From positions 1 through 36,113 of the IMG/VR virus record IMGVR_UViG_3300031260_000063: 36,113 nucleotides of DNA, one strand, 5' to 3'. The notes beneath the pieces are model-generated. The model saw nothing but the letters and a program-made list of their open reading frames with translations, made no database searches and was not told where the DNA came from. Each line of letters begins with the position of its first letter. Within the stretch, counting starts at the first letter, position 1. Position numbers and translations under genes: made by a program. This document shows, in pieces, positions 8,920 through 18,156 of the stretch. This DNA is from a virus. Taxonomy: Duplodnaviria > Caudoviricetes.

Positions 8920-9438
8920 ATGGCAATAAGCACAATTGTTAAAAACAAGCGAGACGGTGTACTAACGATTAAAGACGGCACATCAACAACTCCAAATACC
9001 TTTGTTGTGAACTTCTCCGAAGGAGACCTGCGTTATGTACCACACTCTCAAAGCAGGCCAATCCTCATAAAAGACAATCAGGGTGCGAGGTCGCATTACA
9101 AGAAAGGCGACGAATTCGAGGCTGAGGGTACAATCAGCTTTAGTTTCAAGTATTGCGACAGAAACGCCAGAGCCGCTTTGACCTGTGGCACGGTCGATTC
9201 AACAGTTTGGACTTCTACGGCTGCGAGCGACAGTAACATTCCGAGCTTCTACAAGACCGTAGACATCGAGTACCAGATTTATGCAGACATAGACGCTGGA
9301 ACAAAAGGTGAAATTATTACTTTTACTAAAGTCTGGTTCAATCCTGCAAGCATCCAGTTTTCAGAAGGTGATGAGGCCAACACGCTCAGTGCAGAAGGTC
9401 TGATACTCGGAGACATAACAGAAGCAGCAGATTCATAA
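8920..9438 (+). CDS. major tail (tube) protein
   Basis: Strong SD ggagg, gene order, beta-rich (GTISFSF, FSEGDEANTLSAEG), followed by a terminator. Confidence 0.75.
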   Translation: MAISTIVKNKRDGVLTIKDGTSTTPNTFVVNFSEGDLRYVPHSQSRPILIKDNQGARSHYKKGDEFEAEGTISFSFKYCDRNARAALTCGTVDSTVWTSTAASDSNIPSFYKTVDIEYQIYADIDAGTKGEIITFTKVWFNPASIQFSEGDEANTLSAEGLILGDITEAADS

Positions 9439-9467
9439 GAAGAGGGCTACGCGCCCTCTTCATTTTT
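9439..9467 (+). terminator. intrinsic terminator after major tail gene
   Basis: gaagagggc-tacgc-gccctcttc-attttt. Confidence 0.7.
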
Positions 9468-9482
9468 GAATGAGGTGATGAA

Positions 9483-11615
9483 ATGTCAAATTTCGTATAT
9501 GCAGCTAATGAAGCAGAAATAACAATAAAACCAGAAGAAAGCAAAACAAGATACTTAATGAAAAGTGATACAATTCAAAATAACCTCGGTCTCTCTCAAT
9601 CTCCCTCCCTCTCCCTCTATCCATCATCATTGTGGAGTAAGCAAATAAGCATCGAAGATGGAAACGTTCTAAATGAAGCAGAAAATCTTATTACATCGCA
9701 AGCACTTATCAAAAATATCTCAACCACAAAAGATGCACTTCTATATTTCAAATTTCGTGGTGGTCACTTGAGTGTAGGAGTAACAAATGATATTGTCGGT
9801 AGTCCTATATATGGTTTTGGAATTGGTTTCAAATGGGAGGGCATAGTCAAAGATGGGGTGACTATATCAAGCATAATTGCCGGGCCCGTTGATACAAGAG
9901 TAAACCTTACAACCCTTTCAGATTTACCCACAACATTTCACGAGTTTGTAATGCACGTTGACAGGCTCAGAAAGAAATGCGTGCTTTATAACGTAAACAC
10001 CAGTGCGAAACTCGGCGAAATAAACATAGATGGGGCGCAAGACGTGGCTGGAAATCCAGAAACCACCCCAAAAATCTTTGCTTATGTCTTGACTGGCGGG
10101 ACGCCAGAAACACCCTATGTTCGTGCGTGTAAGCCAAACATTATTGCGATAGGAGACAGCATTACATATCGCGGCACGGACATCTATCCGTGGTACGACT
10201 ATGTAAAACAGTTGGGGCTTAATCTAAGAACGCAAGGTCACAAGAATTGGTTTGTAGTCAACAAAGGAATCGGCAGTCAAACATCTGCAATGATAGATGC
10301 AAGAATAGCAACTGATGTTGTTGCTCATGAACCGAACTATTGTTTTTTGCAGGCATCTAATAATGATTACGGAGCGGTTGATTATACCACTCGAAACTCA
10401 AACATCAACAGCTCAATCTCTACATTGAAAACCGCGGGGATAACGGTGTTACTGACAAACTCAATTGTTCCGAACTCAAACCATGGGAGCTATCCCGAAA
10501 TAGCAACATATTTCAAAACATGGAACGCAGACCATTTCAACGGGACTATCTTTCCTGATGCAACACGTTTAATTGACATAATGACTCCGGTGGCAGACAT
10601 AAATGGTGAGCTTGACCCAACCTATGCTGATGATGGGATTCACCCAAATATAGCAGGGTATGGGCTGATAGGGGATTCGGTCGTGGAGCAAATGAGTGAA
10701 TGGAATCCACACTCAGACACTATGAACTCTGGCAGAAAGGCGTATTACGAGAAAGACCTGTATTCGGAGCTTTCGGCAGGAGAGCTGGCGGATGAAACCC
10801 CAACAGATGGGGATATAGGTTGTGTGAACTGGAATCCTGTCGATGGCGTGCAAAACATTGAAATCATTAACGAAGATTCAGGCGGTATAGAAATAGGCTC
10901 ACTTAAAATAGACATGGCTAAACCGTTCTGGGGAGACAGTTATATCGACCTTGACGAAATGATATTCTACGACCACGGAGGCTTCGAAGAGGTTACGGTC
11001 TCAAGCGGGGCGACTACGCTCTCGGCCAACGGCACAGGGACTTGCTATCTCGTGGATTCGTCAGGGGCTTTCTACTTTGGAACGATTTCAGGCGATGCAG
11101 TCACAACAGATGCTCCCGACGGAGACTATACGGTTATCTATGAGCTTGAAACACCATTGGAGACGAGCATTATTCCCATTTCAACTGGCATAGAGCTAAA
11201 ATCAGGCAACAACATATTTGAAATTACGCCAGAATCTTTGATATTGAAGATTGTATACAACGATGTATCGTCCACGTCATCAACACAGGCTTTCATAGAA
11301 CGATTCAGGGCAACTACGAAGCGCGGAGGAAGGACATTCCAGCCTTACGGTTCGAGAGTTCTCAAGTCAGTCCCAACCAGTGAAGAGGTAGCTATCAGTC
11401 TATCAAAAATGAATATAGACGACGAAACGATAGGACTCGCGCTAGACGGCGGTCACTTCCAGATTGAGAACACCTATGTCAACGTGAATGACGGCAGCGA
11501 GATAACAGACACTTACAAGCACTGTCGAATCACATCTCATGGGAAGGAATACTCGGCAGGCGACATCGTGAAAGAGGATGTCGAAATAGAGTGCGCAAAG
11601 GTGGTGACTAGCTGA
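9483..11615 (+). CDS. tail-tube-like protein with large internal insertion containing an SGNH/GDSL hydrolase domain
   Basis: SGNH blocks IAIGDSIT, NKGIGS, SNND and DGIHPN. The first ~17 and last ~110 aa resemble the 11979 protein. Confidence 0.75.
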   Translation: MSNFVYAANEAEITIKPEESKTRYLMKSDTIQNNLGLSQSPSLSLYPSSLWSKQISIEDGNVLNEAENLITSQALIKNISTTKDALLYFKFRGGHLSVGVTNDIVGSPIYGFGIGFKWEGIVKDGVTISSIIAGPVDTRVNLTTLSDLPTTFHEFVMHVDRLRKKCVLYNVNTSAKLGEINIDGAQDVAGNPETTPKIFAYVLTGGTPETPYVRACKPNIIAIGDSITYRGTDIYPWYDYVKQLGLNLRTQGHKNWFVVNKGIGSQTSAMIDARIATDVVAHEPNYCFLQASNNDYGAVDYTTRNSNINSSISTLKTAGITVLLTNSIVPNSNHGSYPEIATYFKTWNADHFNGTIFPDATRLIDIMTPVADINGELDPTYADDGIHPNIAGYGLIGDSVVEQMSEWNPHSDTMNSGRKAYYEKDLYSELSAGELADETPTDGDIGCVNWNPVDGVQNIEIINEDSGGIEIGSLKIDMAKPFWGDSYIDLDEMIFYDHGGFEEVTVSSGATTLSANGTGTCYLVDSSGAFYFGTISGDAVTTDAPDGDYTVIYELETPLETSIIPISTGIELKSGNNIFEITPESLILKIVYNDVSSTSSTQAFIERFRATTKRGGRTFQPYGSRVLKSVPTSEEVAISLSKMNIDDETIGLALDGGHFQIENTYVNVNDGSEITDTYKHCRITSHGKEYSAGDIVKEDVEIECAKVVTS

Positions 11616-11977
11616 TGTTCTCGATAAATGGAAGGACTCTATACGACGTTATCAACTATGAACCTTATGACAGACCCACCAGAATGCAGTATTACCGAAA
11701 TTCATTGACTGGCAAACTGTATAGAGAGGATTTGCCGGGCAAGGACGTTCGGTTCCATCTTTTCGAGGTCATCACTGATAAGACAATGTACGACTTTCTC
11801 AAAGAGCTTTTTGTGAACCAGTCGAAGTCAAATAACAAGATAACGTTGTACACTCCCGAAACCAGCGCGGCAGTTGAGTGTGTGTTCATTGAGGACGAAT
11901 TCAGACTTAAAAAGGTCGAAGGCGAAGCAGAACTATACGAGGGTACCATCACGTTTGAAGAAGTGCAGGTGAAATAA
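11615..11977 (+). CDS. Dit/tube-fold-like tail protein, paralog of 17840..18154
   Basis: Shares S.(T)G.L and the C-terminal KKV.G..(.)LY..T...EEV with the 17840 protein. Confidence 0.6.
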   Translation: MFSINGRTLYDVINYEPYDRPTRMQYYRNSLTGKLYREDLPGKDVRFHLFEVITDKTMYDFLKELFVNQSKSNNKITLYTPETSAAVECVFIEDEFRLKKVEGEAELYEGTITFEEVQVK

Positions 11978-11978
11978 T

Positions 11979-12377
11979 ATGTCGTCCTATACCAGAACAC
12001 TTTCTGAGGCTACAATAACCGTTAGCGGCCTTACCAACATTCCCGCGTTTTCGTTTGTGGATAATATCACTATTACGGCAAATGAAAAAAGATTTGATTA
12101 TCAAGATGTTGAGGCAGGCACGGAATACAGCTCGCGTCAATCGAAGTCATATACAATCCGAATACGGCATATGCCCGTTGATTGGAATGTACAAAAGAGT
12201 TTTGATTTAGATGACGACTTTTCATTGCAGATAGTCCACACAAATCAAAACGGCGGTTCTGCCGTTACTGAATCCTATTCAAACTGCCGTTTTCTCAATC
12301 CATCTGATTCTTACGACCGCGGAGACGCGGCCACGCAGGATGTAACAATAATCTCAAATTCCAGAACAATTTCATAA
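11979..12377 (+). CDS. tail-tube-like protein (XkdM/tube-fold candidate)
   Basis: EATIT..., F.D....T, TESYSNCR....SY.RGD...QDVTI parallels the termini of the 9483 protein. Confidence 0.55.
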   Translation: MSSYTRTLSEATITVSGLTNIPAFSFVDNITITANEKRFDYQDVEAGTEYSSRQSKSYTIRIRHMPVDWNVQKSFDLDDDFSLQIVHTNQNGGSAVTESYSNCRFLNPSDSYDRGDAATQDVTIISNSRTIS

Positions 12378-12390
12378 GGAGGGAACAACA

Positions 12391-12837
12391 ATGAGTAGCA
12401 AAGCGGTTGAGCTAAAGAAGCTCACTAAAAGCGATGCTGGAAAATTTCAGCAAACAGGGCATAGTAGAATCAAGCTAGCAAACGGTGAGGAGTATGTAAT
12501 CCCTATCAAGTCATTAGGTGTAAACATCCAAGAAAGGTTGGAAGACGAGTTCCCATATCCAGAAGTTCCAGTTATAAAGCGCTTCAATAAGGCGACGCAC
12601 CAATGGGAACAGATACCGAACGATAGTGACCCGGACTTCCTTCACAAAAAGAAAGAGATAGACTCGCTGCGTACTTACGCGGTGGTGCTATGGGGTACTG
12701 ACCTAGAAATTGAGGGTGCTACGTTTGAAGAAAAAATCAAGACTCTTATCGACACAGGATTGCCCGCCGGAGCATTCACCCAGCTATCGCAGGATATTCT
12801 AAAGCTATCGCAGGTAGAAGAGGAGACGTTTCAATAG
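12391..12837 (+). CDS. tail assembly chaperone (gpG-like)
   Basis: SD ggagg; first of two ORFs before the tape measure gene; acidic C-terminus ending EEETFQ. Confidence 0.7.
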   Translation: MSSKAVELKKLTKSDAGKFQQTGHSRIKLANGEEYVIPIKSLGVNIQERLEDEFPYPEVPVIKRFNKATHQWEQIPNDSDPDFLHKKKEIDSLRTYAVVLWGTDLEIEGATFEEKIKTLIDTGLPAGAFTQLSQDILKLSQVEEETFQ

Positions 12838-13045
12838 TGCCATAAAGGTAATGGGTGGCAAGGATTCTGACGATGTGACGTTTGTTTATGTTGTCTACGA
12901 CCTTGCTGCCAATTATTGGCATACGTGGAACGTACAGGAGACGCTATCGAAGATAAGCAAACGAGAATTGGCATACTGGATGGCGTACAGGCAAAAGAGA
13001 ATAGAACTGGAAAAGAAGCAGATGGACAGGGCCTCAAAAAAATGA
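12830..13045 (+). CDS. tail assembly chaperone extension (gpT-like), probably reached by +1 frameshift
   Basis: The +1 frame is open from TTC 12830. IS.RELAYWMAY resembles the gpT-type 'ms..E...W.ay' motif. Confidence 0.6.
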   Translation, partial: FNSAIKVMGGKDSDDVTFVYVVYDLAANYWHTWNVQETLSKISKRELAYWMAYRQKRIELEKKQMDRASKK

Positions 13046-13058
13046 GGCTCTGTCTTTA
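13025..13058 (+). terminator. terminator-like hairpin overlapping the chaperone stop
   Basis: gacagggcctca-aaaaaa-tgaggctctgtc-ttt. Confidence 0.55.
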
Positions 13059-13070
13059 TGAGGTGACGTT

Positions 13071-16000
13071 ATGGCACTTCCAACATTAGAAGCGACAGTT
13101 TCATTAAATACAACTAAATTTGAATCGGGAATAAAGAAAATGCAGGCGAGCTGGAAAAGCCTTACTGACAATATGGCAAAACTTGGGGCAGCCAGCGCAG
13201 CCGTGTTTACAGGGATGACGCTTGCTATCGGAAAGGCTACGCAAACATTTGCCACACAGGAAATTGCGACAAAAAAGCTGGAAATCGCGATTAATAGATT
13301 TGCACTTGCAGACAAAAGACTTACAAAGCAGTTAAAACAGACAGCTAACGAACTGCAAGACATGACCGGAATAGGGAACGAAGTCATCGAGGCGGTTGCA
13401 AGCATGGGCCTTTCTATGGGAATTTCAGGCGAGAAAATCATCAAAGCCACAAAAGCTGCAGTTGTAATGAACCAAGTTCTTGGAATGGAAATGACGTCTG
13501 CAATGCGAAATTTGGCTAAAACCACAGCGGGGATGACTGGTGAGTTGGGCGAAGCTATACCGTTCATACGAGAATTGACAACTGAACAATTGAAGTCGGG
13601 AGAGGCCATAGACTTAATAATTGATAAGCTGGGCGGTTTCTCCCAAGAACTTAGCAACATGACTGATGTTCACATAAAGCGAGCTAAAGCTGCACTGGGA
13701 GATATAGGCGAGGCATTTGGTAGTCTCTTTGCGCCTGAGGCAAAAGAAATAGCCGACTTCGTTTCTAATCTTTCACAATCTCTTGCAAAGCTGACACCTG
13801 AGTCTCAAGCAACAATCAAGTCTCTTGCAAAGTTGGGTATGACATTTGCTGCACTAGGCGCTGCTTTAGGCGCATTTGCGCTAATATGGAAGACTACGAG
13901 CTTCATCATACGTACTGGTATTTCTGTCATTACCAATCCGTGGCTTCTGTTGATAGCAGGTATAGCAACAGGCGCGGCAATCATTATAGGACATTGGGAC
14001 GATATGCGGCGAGAAGCCGCTAAGGCGTTTGGCTCGATGGAAGATAACTGGAAGGGTGCCTATGACTCTTATGCAGAAATCTGGACAAATCCGGATATTG
14101 GTGGCTTAGAAAAGCTGGCAGCAACAGTCGGAAAATTCTCGGGCGAAGTCTGGCACGGCTGGAATTCTGCATGGCAAGACTCATATGATGCGTATTATGA
14201 AATATGGAGCGACCCTGACCTTACAGGCATAGGGAAACTTGCAGGTACATTTGCAAAGTTTTTCAAAGACAATCTCACGGGCTGGCAAAAAGGATGGAGC
14301 GATTCGTACAAGGCATATGCCGACGTATGGAAAGACCCGGAATTGAACGGCATTCAGAAGCTAGGCGCTACCTTTTCTATGACAATTAAAAAGCTGTGGC
14401 ACGGCACGGAAGACACGCCGGGTTTGAAAGATGTATTTACTGATGCCTGGGACAACCTAGTTTCTATCTGGTCTGACCCCGACCTTAGCTTTTGGGAGAA
14501 GGTCTGGGAAACTATGAAAGAAGCTCCCGTTACAGTTGCAAATGCTGTTCAGTCGGTAGGCGCGTCAATTACTGACTTGCTCGGCGGCGACTCTATAAAA
14601 TATCTTGAAAACACAGACAACGCATTAAAGAAAGTTAAAGAAAGACTAGATTCGATAGGAAAGTCAGAGAACGTCGCGCAGATGATTAACAACGTGCTTG
14701 CGGCAGGCGTAGAGATTACGCAACTGCCCGCGCAGTTCCTTCTTGGCGGTGTCGATTTTGAAAGTGACTTCAATAAAAAGATGACAGAAAAATTGATAAC
14801 GGCAGGCTTTATTGCAACTGCGACTGGTCTTGTAAGCGGGAGCTGGCATTTAGGAGTTATTCTAGGCGTAGCGTCTATATTCCTTGGCGAAAACGCTTTA
14901 ACACTTGACCCGGAGAAACCGTTATGGGTAAATATTTCGGATATTGGCTTATCTCTTGCTGGTGGTTATGCCGCTTTAATGAGCGCTGTTGGAGTAGGGA
15001 AATGGTTGTCTGGAATACTCGCGGCCAAAATGGGCGTAGCGGGAATAAGTGTTTCTCTGCCTAAGCTAGTCTTGATGGTCGGTGCTATCAAGATAGGCTG
15101 GGAAGCAGGTTCGTTTGCAGGCAACAAACTCGTAGAAGAAGGCATAGCCGACAAATGGGACAGTTGGATGCAAGATACTCTCGGAGAGTTTTATACTGAT
15201 ACAATCTCCAAGTTGCAGACAGGTACTTTCCTTGAACAACTCAATGCGTCTGGTGTGTACTTTGGACTGACAATACTTGCCGGGCTAAAATGGGCTTTCG
15301 ATAGTCTACTCGACTTTGGGACTTGGGTTTGGGAAAAGGTGAAAAACGCGGCTCTTACAATCTATGAGGCGGGGCTTGAAATAGGTAATCAGTTGCTCGA
15401 AGGTATTAAATATATCTTTGGTTTCGGCTGGCTTCAAGACCTGTTGGGTCTAGGCATAGAGAAACCGTCCGGCGCAACCGAAGACCCGGAAACTGGAAGA
15501 ATTTCCGGCGGCCGTGAAGGTTTTGCGCCCGCTGGCGGAGGCGAAGGCATGAGATTCAAGCGGGAAAGCTATTTGCGCCCAGAACTTGAGAAAATGTATG
15601 CGATGGCGGGATTCCCGGAATCTGGCATAGAAATACGCAGTACGCCACTGCCAAAAGAGGTTACGGACAAGGTTAATAAGTTTATCAAAGATTATACGGA
15701 AAAGACGTTGCTGAATCAGGCTTATTCTGGCATTGGCGCTGACCTGACTACGATTGCCGCGCCTGCAATGGAGAAGCTGACATTAGACCTTATTAGCGCA
15801 TTGAACCAGTCACTAGTCCATCCTACCGTAGTTGCTTCTCTCGCATACGCAGAATCGAAGTACCAGTTGGGCGCAAAAGGCGGAGAAGGAAGAGGGCCGT
15901 TCCAGTTTGAGTCGGTAGGAATCGAACAGGCCAAAAAATGGTATCCGACAAACTGGGACTATGAAACGGCGGCAACCGATACGGTTTATTCAACAATGGC

Positions 16001-17843
16001 CGCAGAAAAGACTATTGACTGGCTTGTGGACTCTTTCGGTTCACTCAGAGATGCACTCATAGCTTGGAACAGAGGTTTTGGAAACACTCAAAAGTGGATT
16101 TCAGAAGGTGCAGACCTTTCAACGCTTCCAGACGCTACAAAGATATTGCTTACAAACTTCATGGTTGAGTTTGAGAACCTTATAGGCGGTGACTGGTCTA
16201 GCTTGAATCAGGAACTTAGAAACCAGATTGCAGAGGTAGCAGAAGCGGTTAATTATTTTGTCGAGAACTCACCAGAGGTGATTGCAAAGTCTTTCACAGG
16301 CGAACCCCACACATTCAACATCACACAAACACTAGACGAAGTAAAAGAGCGGTTAGATGAACTCATACAGACAACAGAAGAAAGCGTAGCAACAGACACC
16401 GCACCTACAATCCTGGAAAGAATAGAAGAAGAACTAATCAGCCTAAACAGCACGGTTGAACTCATTCATAACAGGTTGGGGCGGATTCGTGACCTGATGT
16501 GGGAGCGTGGCTATCAGTCCGGCGGTTATACAGGCAACATTGCAACGAATGCCATTGCCGGAGTCGTGCACGGCGGCGAATGGGTAGCCCCTGCGTGGAT
16601 GGTAGAGGCTTATCCTGACTTGTTTGGGCGGCTCGAAAGTATGCGTCAGAGAAGCACGACCGTGAAGCTGGCAAATACTAGAGGTTATGCCTCTGGCGGC
16701 ATAGTAGAAGCCGCGTCAATGAACACAATGTTTGCGAGCGTCTTAGACACTGTTGCGGTTCTGGTAGAAACGCTTTCGCCGCTTACCGACGTAATGTCGC
16801 TCGGTTTTGACAAAATACTAGAGGCGCTGGAAAACGTTATAGGCGAAAACGAATCCGCAAAGAATCTGATTGCAAGCCTAAGAAACCTGAACTCTGAGAT
16901 GAACACGACATTTGAGAGCACAGACGAAATGCTAAGAGATATGAAAGACCAATTACTCGCTATGAAAGAATCGCTCGAAGAAATCGAAGGAAATACATCT
17001 GCGACTGTGATTGAAATGCTGCCAGACTTAGCGGGCGAATTTGGGCGCAAAATGTGGGAACTCATTACAGAGCGAGAAAGGGCATCAATAACAGGCGGCT
17101 TGGGAAGAACCGGGCAATGGGCAATTCCGAACTTTGAAGCTGAATATAGGGACAGTTTCATAAACGTGTTTGCAGGCGCAATGGAAGTCGTTCTTTCTAC
17201 GTTGTCAGGTGAACTTTCCGGTGGAGCTGCCAGCATATTGAGCATTCAGGCAGTCAAAAACAGGCTTAGTTTTGCACCGGAGGCAGGCGCGGCAATAAGC
17301 GCGTCTCAGGGAATAGAAGGGCTTGCGGCTCTCGGAATGGAAGCGAGTGCGGCCGCAGGAGCAATAGGCTTGGTTGTACTGGGTGCAGGGTTGTTATATA
17401 GAGCCTTTGACAGTTTGATAGACGTTATGGGTTCGATTAGGCGCGGTTTTGACAGGGGCATTGGAAAGACGATAGAACGACTGCAAAGACCTTTAGAAAT
17501 CGTAGGAGAAATTCTGGGAAACAGTCTGGCACCGATTTTGCAAATGTTGACTCCGTTGCTGGATGGATTTGCTCGCGCGATTGCGTGGTTTTATAACGAG
17601 ATATACTTGCCGATTGCAAACTTCTTTGGCGCTGGTTTAGAGAGGATAGACATAGAAGGAAGGCTCAATTACGAAGCAGATGACACTATGGCAACAAAGA
17701 GTTATTCGGCAGGCGTTACTGGTTCGGTTACAAACAACATTTCAATAGAGATTGACACATACGGACTCGTTGACCCTGATGGTATTAGAAAGCTATATGA
17801 GCTTCTAGGAGACTATGTAGAAGACCTTGAACTGGTGAGGTGA
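13071..17843 (+). CDS. tape measure protein with lytic transglycosylase (SLT-like) domain
   Basis: 1590 aa, Ala/Gly-rich; Trp repeats; AYAES..GPFQF..ALIAWNRG; GGYTG...AGVVHGGEWV. Confidence 0.92.
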   Translation: MALPTLEATVSLNTTKFESGIKKMQASWKSLTDNMAKLGAASAAVFTGMTLAIGKATQTFATQEIATKKLEIAINRFALADKRLTKQLKQTANELQDMTGIGNEVIEAVASMGLSMGISGEKIIKATKAAVVMNQVLGMEMTSAMRNLAKTTAGMTGELGEAIPFIRELTTEQLKSGEAIDLIIDKLGGFSQELSNMTDVHIKRAKAALGDIGEAFGSLFAPEAKEIADFVSNLSQSLAKLTPESQATIKSLAKLGMTFAALGAALGAFALIWKTTSFIIRTGISVITNPWLLLIAGIATGAAIIIGHWDDMRREAAKAFGSMEDNWKGAYDSYAEIWTNPDIGGLEKLAATVGKFSGEVWHGWNSAWQDSYDAYYEIWSDPDLTGIGKLAGTFAKFFKDNLTGWQKGWSDSYKAYADVWKDPELNGIQKLGATFSMTIKKLWHGTEDTPGLKDVFTDAWDNLVSIWSDPDLSFWEKVWETMKEAPVTVANAVQSVGASITDLLGGDSIKYLENTDNALKKVKERLDSIGKSENVAQMINNVLAAGVEITQLPAQFLLGGVDFESDFNKKMTEKLITAGFIATATGLVSGSWHLGVILGVASIFLGENALTLDPEKPLWVNISDIGLSLAGGYAALMSAVGVGKWLSGILAAKMGVAGISVSLPKLVLMVGAIKIGWEAGSFAGNKLVEEGIADKWDSWMQDTLGEFYTDTISKLQTGTFLEQLNASGVYFGLTILAGLKWAFDSLLDFGTWVWEKVKNAALTIYEAGLEIGNQLLEGIKYIFGFGWLQDLLGLGIEKPSGATEDPETGRISGGREGFAPAGGGEGMRFKRESYLRPELEKMYAMAGFPESGIEIRSTPLPKEVTDKVNKFIKDYTEKTLLNQAYSGIGADLTTIAAPAMEKLTLDLISALNQSLVHPTVVASLAYAESKYQLGAKGGEGRGPFQFESVGIEQAKKWYPTNWDYETAATDTVYSTMAAEKTIDWLVDSFGSLRDALIAWNRGFGNTQKWISEGADLSTLPDATKILLTNFMVEFENLIGGDWSSLNQELRNQIAEVAEAVNYFVENSPEVIAKSFTGEPHTFNITQTLDEVKERLDELIQTTEESVATDTAPTILERIEEELISLNSTVELIHNRLGRIRDLMWERGYQSGGYTGNIATNAIAGVVHGGEWVAPAWMVEAYPDLFGRLESMRQRSTTVKLANTRGYASGGIVEAASMNTMFASVLDTVAVLVETLSPLTDVMSLGFDKILEALENVIGENESAKNLIASLRNLNSEMNTTFESTDEMLRDMKDQLLAMKESLEEIEGNTSATVIEMLPDLAGEFGRKMWELITERERASITGGLGRTGQWAIPNFEAEYRDSFINVFAGAMEVVLSTLSGELSGGAASILSIQAVKNRLSFAPEAGAAISASQGIEGLAALGMEASAAAGAIGLVVLGAGLLYRAFDSLIDVMGSIRRGFDRGIGKTIERLQRPLEIVGEILGNSLAPILQMLTPLLDGFARAIAWFYNEIYLPIANFFGAGLERIDIEGRLNYEADDTMATKSYSAGVTGSVTNNISIEIDTYGLVDPDGIRKLYELLGDYVEDLELVR
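14049..14510 (+). repeat. ~41-aa Trp-rich repeats in tape measure
   Basis: W..(S/A)Y..Y..(I/V)W.(D/N)P.(L/I).G..KL..T occurs three times, plus one partial copy. Confidence 0.8.
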
Positions 17844-18154
17844 GTGCAATGACGATAGGGAGTACGACAATAGTACCAACAGACATAAACGAAGATTTTA
17901 TAGAAACTAAGGCAACAATGAGAATGGCAAGCGGTGCGCTAAGGACAAACTATGTCGGCAAAAAGAAAGTGCTTGACGTTTCGTTTGTATGTTCCGGCGC
18001 AGACAAGGGAACAATAGAGGGGCTTGTAGGCACCAGCCAGACCGTGAGTTTTTCGGCTGGCGGAAGTTGGTCTATGTATGTTCAGCCTCCGCAGTGCAAA
18101 AAAGTTGCAGGGCTTGACTTGTACAATTGCACTCTGCATCTAGAAGAGGTGTAG
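17840..18154 (+). CDS. distal tail protein (Dit-like)
   Basis: Directly after the tape measure gene; R.ASG.LR and C-terminal L.LEEV motifs. Confidence 0.65.
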   Translation: MSAMTIGSTTIVPTDINEDFIETKATMRMASGALRTNYVGKKKVLDVSFVCSGADKGTIEGLVGTSQTVSFSAGGSWSMYVQPPQCKKVAGLDLYNCTLHLEEV

Positions 18155-18156
18155 CT

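Noticed and set aside
9586-9625. Pyrimidine-rich ctccct tract
   Set aside because: It lies in frame in a Ser/Leu/Pro linker near the insertion boundary; there is no evidence of phase variation or an independent function.
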